From NCBI GenBank assembly GCA_017558945.1, contig JAFYTG010000196.1:1-43782 (forward strand): a stretch of DNA of 43,782 nucleotides, given 5' to 3'. The translations under genes were made by a program, and so were the position numbers. Below are positions 25,805 through 32,837 of this stretch, piece by piece (within the stretch, counting starts at the first letter, position 1; each line of letters starts with the position of its first letter). Under the pieces are notes generated by a model. It had not been told where the DNA came from and did no database searches. It was given only the letters and a program-made list of their open reading frames with translations. The DNA comes from Clostridia bacterium (GTDB taxonomy: Bacteria; Bacillota; Clostridia; Oscillospirales; SIG627).

Positions 25805-26084
25805 TTCCATATACCTCATTAATTTTCTTATTTGTGGGTAAAATTATAAGTTCTACAACCCAATCTTTTACCTCGTTCCATCTTTTTTTACGTTTCCAAA
25901 ATGGGAGTCGAGAGATTTCTGTTACTATATTGAGACATATCGTTGCACTTACCATTCCCCAACAGCCGTCACAGGCTCTTTCGTTGCACCAAGCTTTAAA
26001 CTCTTTGAATTTCATTTCGGTCTGTTTGTCTTGATATTCACAACGCTTTTTTCTTTCCTTGAAAGGAATGTTACTTTGTTTCAT
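25791..26084 (-). CDS. 97-aa Cys-containing phage protein (FKEFKAWCNERACDGCWG motif)
   Basis: ORF with an ATGA overlap to the upstream gene. The motif is recurrent in Firmicutes phage early regions. Confidence 0.5.
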   Translation of the reverse strand: MKQSNIPFKERKKRCEYQDKQTEMKFKEFKAWCNERACDGCWGMVSATICLNIVTEISRLPFWKRKKRWNEVKDWVVELIILPTNKKINEVYGNDRA

Positions 26085-26410
26085 TCCTCCTCACCGCCAA
26101 ATGAAAGATATGTATTTCGGTCAACCTGTTTCCATTCCTCGCGGGAACTTCCGTCATCATATTTAACTAAATACAGAATCTCGTATTTTTCGGGACGAGA
26201 TTCGGTGTGAGTATCGGGAACCAACATAAAATCACCGTGATACCATGAATATTTGTGTTTATAGTCGGTAACAACTTCTGTATGTGCTTCTGTATACCTA
26301 CAATCTATTGCAGTTCGCTCAACCTCTTCGGGAAGTTCACAAGAGCACAGAAGCATAAGTAATATTGTGCAAAATATAATAAACATAACAAAAAATAAGG
26401 TCTTTTTCAT
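26081..26410 (-). CDS. Lipoprotein (signal peptide with lipobox LLCSC)
   Basis: MKKTLFFVMFIIFCTILLMLLCSC, with a strong RBS. Confidence 0.7.
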   Translation of the reverse strand: MKKTLFFVMFIIFCTILLMLLCSCELPEEVERTAIDCRYTEAHTEVVTDYKHKYSWYHGDFMLVPDTHTESRPEKYEILYLVKYDDGSSREEWKQVDRNTYLSFGGEEE

Positions 26411-26422
26411 TTTTATCTCCTT

Positions 26423-26776
26423 TTAGTCTTTAGGTGGCGGCTGCTCCGAAAGTGCCCTCTCACAGAATGAGTGATAAAATAGTATTGAAGTTTTTTCGGA
26501 TAACCGCAAAAGCTTTTTGAGCGTTGCAGCATCTATTAAGAACTTGAGCGAGTTTTCAAGCTTGGTTTTTAGTCCGCAGGTAATCACCAACTGACCTGCT
26601 TTGGTATTTGCTTCTTCGTTCTCAATTGATACTTGAGCCGAATCGATGCCGGGAGTGAACACATAACGCACGGGATATTTATCGGTAAATATTTCCACAG
26701 ACAAGCCCGCTTCCTTCTCGCTAAAATCCCGAAGAGTGTTTATAGCACTCATATATTCAATAGTAGCACTGTTCAT
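26423..26776 (-). CDS. 117-aa hypothetical protein
   Basis: ORF with RBS aaggaag. Confidence 0.5.
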   Translation of the reverse strand: MNSATIEYMSAINTLRDFSEKEAGLSVEIFTDKYPVRYVFTPGIDSAQVSIENEEANTKAGQLVITCGLKTKLENSLKFLIDAATLKKLLRLSEKTSILFYHSFCERALSEQPPPKD

Positions 26777-26777
26777 T

Positions 26778-27062
26778 TTATCTTCCTTTCGGATCTAAGT
26801 ATTTTTCGTAAATCCAGGCAATGCGCTTTTCGGGCTTTGCATAGTCAAAAAGCTCCTTCGCTTCCTTGAGGGCAACGTCGCGCATTTCTTCCGAACGATA
26901 AAATAGGTATTGTATACGGTGAGTGCTTCTTATTCCGCTGCAAAAGGTCTTATTATATAATTTGAGAAGCTTTTCATTCTTCTCCCAAGTCTCCTTGGTG
27001 CGAAGCTTGACGGCATAGCAAGGGATTTCCTTTTCACTCGGTAAAGGCGGATAACGGGTCAT
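26778..27062 (-). CDS. 94-aa hypothetical protein
   Basis: ORF with RBS agaggtg. Confidence 0.5.
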   Translation of the reverse strand: MTRYPPLPSEKEIPCYAVKLRTKETWEKNEKLLKLYNKTFCSGIRSTHRIQYLFYRSEEMRDVALKEAKELFDYAKPEKRIAWIYEKYLDPKGR

Positions 27063-27321
27063 CTTGAATCACCTCTGTTTTTATTTTTATAAGCTCCTCC
27101 GGTGTGGCAAGCCGTAATGCCGACGGATCTACCACGGCACAGGAATTTGTTTTTGTGTCGTGAATTTCAGCTTGAGGGAAGGTCGTTCGGGTCAATCGGT
27201 CATAACGCTCCACAAGAGCCGAAATATACGTATAATGATATGTACCTTGGTTAATCCCCTGAAGCTCAAGAACTACGGGAAGATGCTTATTGAATGCATG
27301 ACGAACTTCGACTGCGGTCAT
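27034..27321 (-). CDS. 95-aa hypothetical protein
   Basis: ORF with RBS aaggagg. Confidence 0.5.
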   Translation of the reverse strand: MTAVEVRHAFNKHLPVVLELQGINQGTYHYTYISALVERYDRLTRTTFPQAEIHDTKTNSCAVVDPSALRLATPEELIKIKTEVIQDDPLSAFTE

Positions 27322-27689
27322 AGCTTTAACCCCTCCTTGATATTTTCGAATAGTAAAATTTGAGAATCAAGACGGCTTATTTTATCCGTGAGAGTGGCTT
27401 TAGCCCTCTCAATATCCGTAAGCTCGTCGGATATAAGCTTCTTATAGTATTTGATTGCCTCGATTATTATCTCTCTGTCGGGAGAAGGCGGAGCGGATTC
27501 CGCCTTCTTCTTTTTATTCTTTTTCCCAGTAGGAAGCTTTACATCTTCCCCTTCCGCTCTTAAAAGCTCGATTATATCCTTGACGTCACAGCAGTTGCGA
27601 TCGGCAAGAACCCGAAGCATATCCTCTTTGTTTTTCGCCCTCTGATAATCCTGAACGATTTCCCATATTTCCATGTGAAGCTTAGCCAT
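27318..27689 (-). CDS. ~124-aa hypothetical protein with a Lys-rich linker and coiled coil
   Basis: The internal start MAKLHM fits SD ggcggtga. The long N-terminal extension in the ORF track overlaps the upstream gene. Confidence 0.45.
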   Translation of the reverse strand: MAKLHMEIWEIVQDYQRAKNKEDMLRVLADRNCCDVKDIIELLRAEGEDVKLPTGKKNKKKKAESAPPSPDREIIIEAIKYYKKLISDELTDIERAKATLTDKISRLDSQILLFENIKEGLKL

Positions 27690-28035
27690 TAGCATCACCG
27701 CCGATGCCTTTAATGAAATTGGCAAACATTTCTGCCTCAGTGGGAGGCAAAGCAAGTATATCTTCGCCGGCAACGATAGCGAATACAGCAGTACCGACTA
27801 TATAGTCGCCTTCATATATTTTTGATATTTTGGAGGCAAGAGGATTTTCGGGAAGGTTTTTAAGCTTGCCCTCTTCATTGACAATGATAATTCCATCAGA
27901 GGTTATCCCGCACGGTACGGTTTCAATATATCCTCCTACCGCTTCCTGTAAAAATTCGAGCTGTTTATTCTCTTCGGGAGCTCTCTGCTTTTCCACCCGA
28001 CCGTTCGGGTGAATTATAATAAAATACTGTTCCAT
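27682..28035 (-). CDS. DUF3846-like protein
   Basis: LEFLQEAVGGYIETVP...IIVNEEGKLKNLPEN pattern. Confidence 0.55.
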   Translation of the reverse strand: MEQYFIIIHPNGRVEKQRAPEENKQLEFLQEAVGGYIETVPCGITSDGIIIVNEEGKLKNLPENPLASKISKIYEGDYIVGTAVFAIVAGEDILALPPTEAEMFANFIKGIGGDANG

Positions 28036-28044
28036 AACTACTCC

Positions 28045-28995
28045 TTAAAACAAGCTTCCGTGAGGCTTGCTTTGATTCCTTAAATATTTTTTGTAGCCGA
28101 GCTTCTTGCGTTGAACTCGGCAGCCTTGACACATACGGTTTTCTTGACGCTCATAAAACGTCTTACCGCACCGAGCACAGTATTGAGGCCTGATGCGAAC
28201 GAAGGAGCAACAAGTATCACAATCCGTTTCTCCTGCGGTGCATCCCTTTACCTCGTCCCAATTACTGCACAAATGACGCTGCCAATTGTCCTGGTCATTA
28301 AATTGCTTTCGGATCTGATAGGCAAGAATACCGGCGAGGGTACCAAGAGCTTGCTTGACCTCGCCTTTTTCCTCTAAGCTCATAAGACCTCTTTGCTTTA
28401 GCAAACGTTCTGGTCGGTTATCTCCGAAATCACCGTTCCCGAGGATCTTGCGAACCTTATCAAGATTTTCCGACAGATAAACGGAATACACCTTTCCTCT
28501 GATAGCTTTTGCCGACTTACCTATTACCAGGCTCATATTTTCATAATTAGAGCCGTCTTTTATCATTTCGCCGACTGTGTACAACTGTTCATCGGTCCAC
28601 AAGTCGTGATTGTCAGCCTTAATCGGTCTTTCCTTGATTCCAAGATCCAGTACACGTCTTTGGATCGCCCCCTCCGAACGATGTAGGATCATTGATATTT
28701 CGCGGTAGGTATATTTATAAGCACGTAATAAACGCAAAAGCTCTTTATCCTCGGCAATGCTCCACTGAGAATTGTGAGGCTTTATATTTAGGCTTCGGAT
28801 ATAGTCCTCTTGTCTTTTTTTATCACACCAGTCAGGCTCACGTCCCAGCGTGCCCTTCTCAAACCGAGAAAAATCAACAAGTCCCTTATTACCTTCCGCC
28901 CATTTCCAAAACTCATCTATATCTATCATTTGAAACGATGTGCTTTCAACCTGCTGCATATGTATTTTGAGTCCGGCTTTTTTTGAATATCTCAA
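28045..28995 (-). CDS. Myb/SANT-like DNA-binding protein with a C-terminal Cys-rich zinc-ribbon region (3' part of a split gene)
   Basis: Two WS/WT...EL..L...R repeats and a CxxC-rich tail. IDEFWKWAE motif near the N-terminus. Confidence 0.6.
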   Translation of the reverse strand: MRYSKKAGLKIHMQQVESTSFQMIDIDEFWKWAEGNKGLVDFSRFEKGTLGREPDWCDKKRQEDYIRSLNIKPHNSQWSIAEDKELLRLLRAYKYTYREISMILHRSEGAIQRRVLDLGIKERPIKADNHDLWTDEQLYTVGEMIKDGSNYENMSLVIGKSAKAIRGKVYSVYLSENLDKVRKILGNGDFGDNRPERLLKQRGLMSLEEKGEVKQALGTLAGILAYQIRKQFNDQDNWQRHLCSNWDEVKGCTAGETDCDTCCSFVRIRPQYCARCGKTFYERQENRMCQGCRVQRKKLGYKKYLRNQSKPHGSLF

Positions 28996-29221
28996 GCGTA
29001 TAGGTATACCCGCCTCGAATGCCTATGGCATTGAATAGAACGTTCAAGGTTACGTATTGTGATGAATCAAGGAAGGCACCAAGCCCTAAACGCTGTGCTT
29101 TTATTCTGATACCGTTGCAGGTACGGTTGAGGTGTCGGGCTATAACGGGAATACTATACCGTCCCCATTCCTCTGCAAGCTGTTCGTATTCAGCCTTTGT
29201 CCAGCTTCGTGCTTGCCCCAT
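28946..29221 (-). CDS. Myb/SANT-like repeat protein (5' part of the split gene)
   Basis: WTKAEYEQLAEEWGRYSIPVIARHLNRTCNGIRIKAQRLGLG. Ends just after the A7 run. Confidence 0.55.
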   Translation of the reverse strand: MGQARSWTKAEYEQLAEEWGRYSIPVIARHLNRTCNGIRIKAQRLGLGAFLDSSQYVTLNVLFNAIGIRGGYTYTLEIFKKSRTQNTYAAG

Positions 29222-29244
29222 TGCTTTCCCTCTCCTTTTTTGTA

Positions 29245-29487
29245 TTATCCCTCCAGAAGTGACTCAAGGACCTCGTAGCCCTCGCTAAGCTTCTCGGAAA
29301 CGTCCTCGATGCATCCGATAACAAGCTCCTTACCGCTGTATCGAGGGTTATCCTCAGACATTGCCGCAAGAAGCTCAAGCTCGTCAGAGCATATCTCGTC
29401 GAGGTCGTTTATGATATTGCCGAGAGCATCCTTGATGGCAATAAGCTTCTCGGAGTTCTTCTTTGCTCTTTCGTTCTTAGTGCTCAT
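29245..29487 (-). CDS. 80-aa strongly acidic hypothetical protein
   Basis: ORF with RBS ggaggg. D/E-rich. Confidence 0.5.
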   Translation of the reverse strand: MSTKNERAKKNSEKLIAIKDALGNIINDLDEICSDELELLAAMSEDNPRYSGKELVIGCIEDVSEKLSEGYEVLESLLEG

Positions 29488-29749
29488 ACAGTCCCTCCAG
29501 CTCTACGTTCTCAAGCTCGGCGCGGAGCTCAAGGATATGTAAGTATTCACCCATAACACTCTGCTGACGGCGAAGAAGCGAAAGCGGACAATCGTGCTTT
29601 ACTTCACCCCCGACAAGCTCCGCAGCCTCAATGGTGTTATTAAATCTTTTGAGACGTTCATAACGTTCCTTGGTTTGTAAATATTCCGCCTGAAACCTTT
29701 CGCGGTAGTCTGAGCTGTTCATCAGCTCCACAGTCTTATTCAAGTCCAT
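29477..29749 (-). CDS. 90-aa conserved phage protein (crAss001_48-related type)
   Basis: MNSSDYRERFQAEYLQTKERYERL...CPLSLLRRQQSVMGEYLHILELRAE pattern. Confidence 0.55.
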   Translation of the reverse strand: MDLNKTVELMNSSDYRERFQAEYLQTKERYERLKRFNNTIEAAELVGGEVKHDCPLSLLRRQQSVMGEYLHILELRAELENVELEGLYEH

Positions 29750-30098
29750 AGTATATATCCTCCGTAAATATTTTAAGCTCTTCGCCGTTCACCGACGTTG
29801 GATTGATGAGCTGTATCACGCACCCCTTCGCTCCTGCAACGTATACGAGAATACTATCGGCAACCGCTTCAAAGGAGAGCGACGTATCGTCGTAGATCCT
29901 CACCCAATGACGACCTGCGTACAGGAGCTTATAATGCTCGCCGATTTCTGCGTTTTCGTCAACGACGTATGCGTGATATACGCCGTCCTCGCCGAAATGA
30001 AGCATCCTGACTGAATCGGGGAAGCGGACCGTGAGACTCGCTCCGTCGCTTGCACCGATGCACTGCTTCGGATACTCCTTGTAATGAATTTTTTCCAT
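29736..30098 (-). CDS. 120-aa hypothetical protein
   Basis: ORF with RBS aaggagg. Confidence 0.5.
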   Translation of the reverse strand: MEKIHYKEYPKQCIGASDGASLTVRFPDSVRMLHFGEDGVYHAYVVDENAEIGEHYKLLYAGRHWVRIYDDTSLSFEAVADSILVYVAGAKGCVIQLINPTSVNGEELKIFTEDIYYGLE

Positions 30099-30111
30099 TT
30101 TAAAAACCTCC

Positions 30112-30387
30112 TTATTTTCTCCGCTCTCGGCGGATGCTTTTTATACGAAACAAACACGGTCGCAAATCCTTGCGCTTGAAATTAGTTAGGATAAGACGGG
30201 TTAACGTTTTTCTCGATTCTTCTTTCTCTAATAATCTGTCAACCAGCTTGAGAACCTCCTTGTGCAGCTTATTCCTGTCACAACGGTCACAACCGATATA
30301 GAAGGGGCATTTTACGTCAAGGCAAAAGCCCTCGATACAAGCCTCGAAGGTGTTTCTCAGCTCCGTGGCGGTTATATTCGCCTTCAT
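30112..30387 (-). CDS. 91-aa Cys-rich hypothetical protein
   Basis: ORF, with a C..C...C.....C..C pattern. Confidence 0.45.
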   Translation of the reverse strand: MKANITATELRNTFEACIEGFCLDVKCPFYIGCDRCDRNKLHKEVLKLVDRLLEKEESRKTLTRLILTNFKRKDLRPCLFRIKSIRRERRK

Positions 30388-30533
30388 TTACTTCCCCTCC
30401 TCATATTCGCTTCAACAGAGCCGTCGATAAGTCCCCGACGAAGCTCTGCCCTCTCGATTTTGCGAAATTCCTCGTCTGACGTGAACAGACGGCCGACGGT
30501 GGTAACGATAAGAATAAATAATACCTCTAACAT
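30384..30533 (-). CDS. 49-aa protein with an N-terminal TM segment (MLEVLFILIVTTVGRLF...)
   Basis: Strong SD aggagg. Stop overlaps the next start as ATGA. Below the ORF-track cutoff. Confidence 0.45.
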   Translation of the reverse strand: MLEVLFILIVTTVGRLFTSDEEFRKIERAELRRGLIDGSVEANMRRGSK

Positions 30534-30591
30534 TTTTACCTCCTGTTTATTACCTCGGGGAGCAAAAGCGCCCCGAGGATCAATATGAATG

Positions 30592-30795
30592 CTAACAACT
30601 CAGCCATTTGGCAAGTGCGACCACACTGACGTAAATTCGTCCTCCTACCTTCTTCCGCGGGAAGCTCTTATCATTATCAATTTGCTTTCTGGTGCAGCCG
30701 ATATATCCGAGAGCATCTATGTAGGGGATAAGCTCCCCATCAAATTTTTGTGACAATCTTTCAAGGTTGTCTCTGTAATCCTTTTTTTCAGCCAT
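30592..30795 (-). CDS. Small HTH DNA-binding protein, excisionase/AlpA-like candidate
   Basis: 67 aa. ALGYIGCTRKQIDNDKSFPRKKVGGRIYVSVVALAKWL fits the Xis/MerR-type winged-HTH pattern. Confidence 0.45.
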   Translation of the reverse strand: MAEKKDYRDNLERLSQKFDGELIPYIDALGYIGCTRKQIDNDKSFPRKKVGGRIYVSVVALAKWLSC

Positions 30796-30944
30796 TATTG
30801 CTTCCGTCCTTTCTCGTCCTTATTATCAGACTCATTCTTTTTGCTTTTGTGCTTGTAGTAAGCCTTGAACAGTAACGTCTTTATGAGCTTTATAAGCTCG
30901 ACGCAGGCCGCGGCTATTAATGCCGCCGCTATAATCTTTTTCAT
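30795..30944 (-). CDS. 49-aa membrane peptide (MKKIIAAALIAAACVELIKLIKTLLFKAYYKHKSKKNESDNKDEKGRKQ), paralog of 1477-1584
   Basis: Its leader aagucaaggagaaaauaug is nearly identical to the other copy. TAATG overlap with the downstream HTH gene. Confidence 0.45.
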   Translation of the reverse strand: MKKIIAAALIAAACVELIKLIKTLLFKAYYKHKSKKNESDNKDEKGRKQ

Positions 30945-30953
30945 ATTTTCTCC

Positions 30954-30982
30954 TTGACTTATTCTGCCCTGCGTGTTATACT
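30954..30982 (+). promoter_or_regulatory. Plus-strand promoter TTGACT-17-TATACT with an extended -10 TGT
   Basis: -35 at 30954-30959 and -10 at 30977-30982, with tgt at 30974-30976. Confidence 0.55.
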
Positions 30983-30988
30983 GTCAGC

Positions 30989-31073
30989 GGAAGGGAACGC
31001 AGGACGTTTTCCCTCTCCGCTATATGTTTTTGTAGAATAACGGTTCTTTAGTCGGCGACCGTTATTCTTTTTT
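30989..31073 (+). ncRNA. Candidate ~85-nt antisense sRNA (two hairpins, intrinsic terminator)
   Basis: Hairpin 1 spans about 30987-31020 and is followed by uauauguuuuu. Hairpin 2 is agaataacggt(31034-31044)/accgttattct(31058-31068) followed by T5. No plus-strand ORF is present. Confidence 0.5.
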
Positions 31074-31134
31074 ATTGCCCATTTTTACCACCTACCCTTT
31101 ATCCCTCTTCCTGCAATTGCCTTAGATATATCAG

Positions 31135-31371
31135 TCACTCCAATAGTGCCAGCGATATTAGAGCTGCTACATAAAGCATTAGAATTGTTGCAACAAATAT
31201 TATTATGATTGCAATTACTACCTTCTCAAATGTTGAAAATCCACTCGTTGCACATTCTGGCGGTGCAAACCACTTGCACTTTTTTGGCACTACTTTCCTG
31301 TTCGTGTATGGACAGGTGCCACATTTATATTGCAAACAGTAATAACACCGCATTCGCCATGGGTTATCCAT
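31135..31371 (-). CDS. 78-aa protein with a Cys-rich N-terminus and a C-terminal TM anchor
   Basis: CYYCLQYKCGTCPY...C...C, then VVIAIIIIFVATILMLYVAALISLALL. Confidence 0.5.
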   Translation of the reverse strand: MDNPWRMRCYYCLQYKCGTCPYTNRKVVPKKCKWFAPPECATSGFSTFEKVVIAIIIIFVATILMLYVAALISLALLE

Positions 31372-31543
31372 TTTTCATCACCAAACTTTCATAAATGTAT
31401 CCGCATACAATGTTACAATCATCCTTGTCTTTGCAGGCAGAGCAACACTTTATACCGTCCGTGTGACAGCAAGAACACAACCCACTCGGATTCGCCCCTG
31501 TTACACATATCGGAAGACCTCTCTCGTTTAGTTCTAAGTCCAT
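31364..31543 (-). CDS. 59-aa very Cys-rich protein (10 Cys)
   Basis: MDLELNERGLPICVTGANPSGLCSCCHTDGIKCCSACKDKDDCNIVCGY.... SD aaggag. Overlaps the next ORF. Below the ORF-track cutoff. Confidence 0.4.
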   Translation of the reverse strand: MDLELNERGLPICVTGANPSGLCSCCHTDGIKCCSACKDKDDCNIVCGYIYESLVMKNG

Positions 31544-31573
31544 TTTTAATCATCTCCTTCAGCTTTAATTTTT

Positions 31574-31589
31574 GTCGCACTTATGCGAC
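31574..31589. promoter_or_regulatory. Operator-like palindrome GTCGCA-CTTA-TGCGAC (distal copy)
   Basis: Same half-sites as 31805-31824. Located just after the cro-like stop codon. Confidence 0.5.
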
Positions 31590-31591
31590 TA

Positions 31592-31792
31592 TTAGAGCAA
31601 AAAAAATTCTTTTACTTCCTCGTCGGAAAGCGAAAGGACATTTTTAATACGACGCGCTTCTCCAACAGTAAACTTTTCGCCGTCGTTAAGCTTTCTATAA
31701 AAAGAGCTCTTATCAACGCCTATACTTCGTGCCACGCCTTCGACATTCATCCCAAGATTTAATATTTTGTCTTTTAACTTTTTAGTATCCAT
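31592..31792 (-). CDS. Cro-like HTH regulator (66 aa)
   Basis: Start MDTKKLK with SD aggagg. NVEGVARSIGVDKSSFYRKLN is an HTH. Divergent from the CI-like gene. Confidence 0.7.
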   Translation of the reverse strand: MDTKKLKDKILNLGMNVEGVARSIGVDKSSFYRKLNDGEKFTVGEARRIKNVLSLSDEEVKEFFLL

Positions 31793-31804
31793 TAAACAAC
31801 CTCC

Positions 31805-31824
31805 TTGTCGCACATATGCGACAA
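31805..31824. promoter_or_regulatory. Operator palindrome TTGTCGCA-CATA-TGCGACAA at the cro-like transcription start
   Basis: 8+4+8 perfect inverted repeat between the -10 element and the SD of the cro-like gene. Confidence 0.6.
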
Positions 31825-31828
31825 TTAT

Positions 31829-31857
31829 AAAATATCACACACTTTTAGATTTGTCAA
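31829..31857 (-). promoter_or_regulatory. Early (lytic) promoter TTGACA-17-TATTTT with TGn extended -10
   Basis: Reverse complement of 31852-31857 is TTGACA and of 31829-31834 is TATTTT. Confidence 0.6.
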
Positions 31858-31861
31858 CCTC

Positions 31862-31883
31862 TTTTTTGCAAAAATGCAAAAAA
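31862..31883. promoter_or_regulatory. Second inverted repeat TTTTTTGCA-aaaa-TGCAAAAAA between the divergent promoters
   Basis: Seen directly. Possible second operator class. Confidence 0.4.
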
Positions 31884-31897
31884 ATTTCTTTCTGAGG

Positions 31898-31926
31898 TTG
31901 CAATTTTGCGAAAGTTAGTGTATAAT
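31898..31926 (+). promoter_or_regulatory. Repressor promoter TTGCAA-17-TATAAT
   Basis: -35 at 31898-31903 and -10 at 31921-31926. Confidence 0.6.
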
Positions 31927-31950
31927 GTAAAAGTAAAGGGTGATATTTAT

Positions 31951-32286
31951 ATGCATATAGGAGAGAGAATTAAGCTCCGACGAAAAGAATTAGGCATAAG
32001 TGTAGATGATTTGGCTTCGATTTTAGGTAAAGACCGCTCAACCATTTACAGATACGAAAAGGGTGACATAGAGAGTCTGCCGTTGGATATTTTAAATCCA
32101 ATCGCAAAAGCTCTGCGCACCACTCCTGCAAGCCTTATGGGGTGGGAGGAATCAAACACTCCTGCCGTTCCCAGTTCGCCTTCGTCCATAGATAACGAAT
32201 TTCTTCAAATCCTCTCTACCCTCTCCGAAGAAGATAAACAATGGCTCCTTGACCTCATAAAGACTGTAATTGAAAGAAGAAAATAA
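31951..32286 (+). CDS. CI-like XRE-family repressor (111 aa, no peptidase S24 domain visible)
   Basis: GERIKLRRKELGISVDDLASILGKDRSTIYRYEKG. Only plus-strand gene in the switch. ATG at 31951. Confidence 0.75.
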   Translation: MHIGERIKLRRKELGISVDDLASILGKDRSTIYRYEKGDIESLPLDILNPIAKALRTTPASLMGWEESNTPAVPSSPSSIDNEFLQILSTLSEEDKQWLLDLIKTVIERRK

Positions 32287-32338
32287 AATCCCTCTCGGTT
32301 GTAGCCAAGAGGGAAATTATAACATTATTTTAACGATA
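32285..32338. repeat. ~53-bp repeat copy 1 containing the terminator hairpin ccctctcgg..ccaagaggg
   Basis: About 46 of 53 positions are identical to 33186-33238. Confidence 0.7.
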
Positions 32339-32534
32339 CAATCTCAAGCTCGCACTCAAGTGCTTGGGTTACTTTAAGAAGTGTATCGAGCTGAGGGGTA
32401 GCCTTCTTGCTTTCAAAACGAGCAATAACTGATTGAGTGAGCTTGGTCGCCTCGGCAAGCTCCTTTTGAGTCATTCCTCTGTTATGCCGTTCCTCGATGA
32501 GACGGTCAATGATACGCGAACAGTCTTCAGGCAT
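32325..32534 (-). CDS. XRE-family HTH protein, third gene of the DUF4160-DUF2442 cassette
   Basis: Start MPEDCSRII with SD ggaggtga. Overlaps the DUF2442 stop by 8 nt. GMTQKELAEATKLTQSVIARFESKK. Confidence 0.7.
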   Translation of the reverse strand: MPEDCSRIIDRLIEERHNRGMTQKELAEATKLTQSVIARFESKKATPQLDTLLKVTQALECELEIVSLK

Positions 32535-32826
32535 TCGCTTCACCTCCGACAACGTTGCCGTTCTCATACAAATACTCGGGAGCAATATCTATATCGCCGT
32601 CATTCCACACGGGACAACCGTAATCAATATATACTCCCTTAAAGATTTCAATATCCCTGAGCGGAGCAAAAGCAGGAGCCGACAAGAGAGAGGTAAAATC
32701 AAACATCCTCGTTTCTCCGTTATTAAACCGAACCCATAAATTATAATTATCAAGCGGCTTGACTCCGCAAACCTCAAGAGGCTTTGCCCTCTCGCCCGCA
32801 TATACTATTCCGTTTTCGATATACAT
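32527..32826 (-). CDS. DUF2442-family protein
   Basis: VKPLDNYNLWVRFNNGETRMFDF...PLRD...F..V.....CPVWNDGDIDIAPEYLY. Confidence 0.75.
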   Translation of the reverse strand: MYIENGIVYAGERAKPLEVCGVKPLDNYNLWVRFNNGETRMFDFTSLLSAPAFAPLRDIEIFKGVYIDYGCPVWNDGDIDIAPEYLYENGNVVGGEANA

Positions 32827-32837
32827 TATATCACCCC

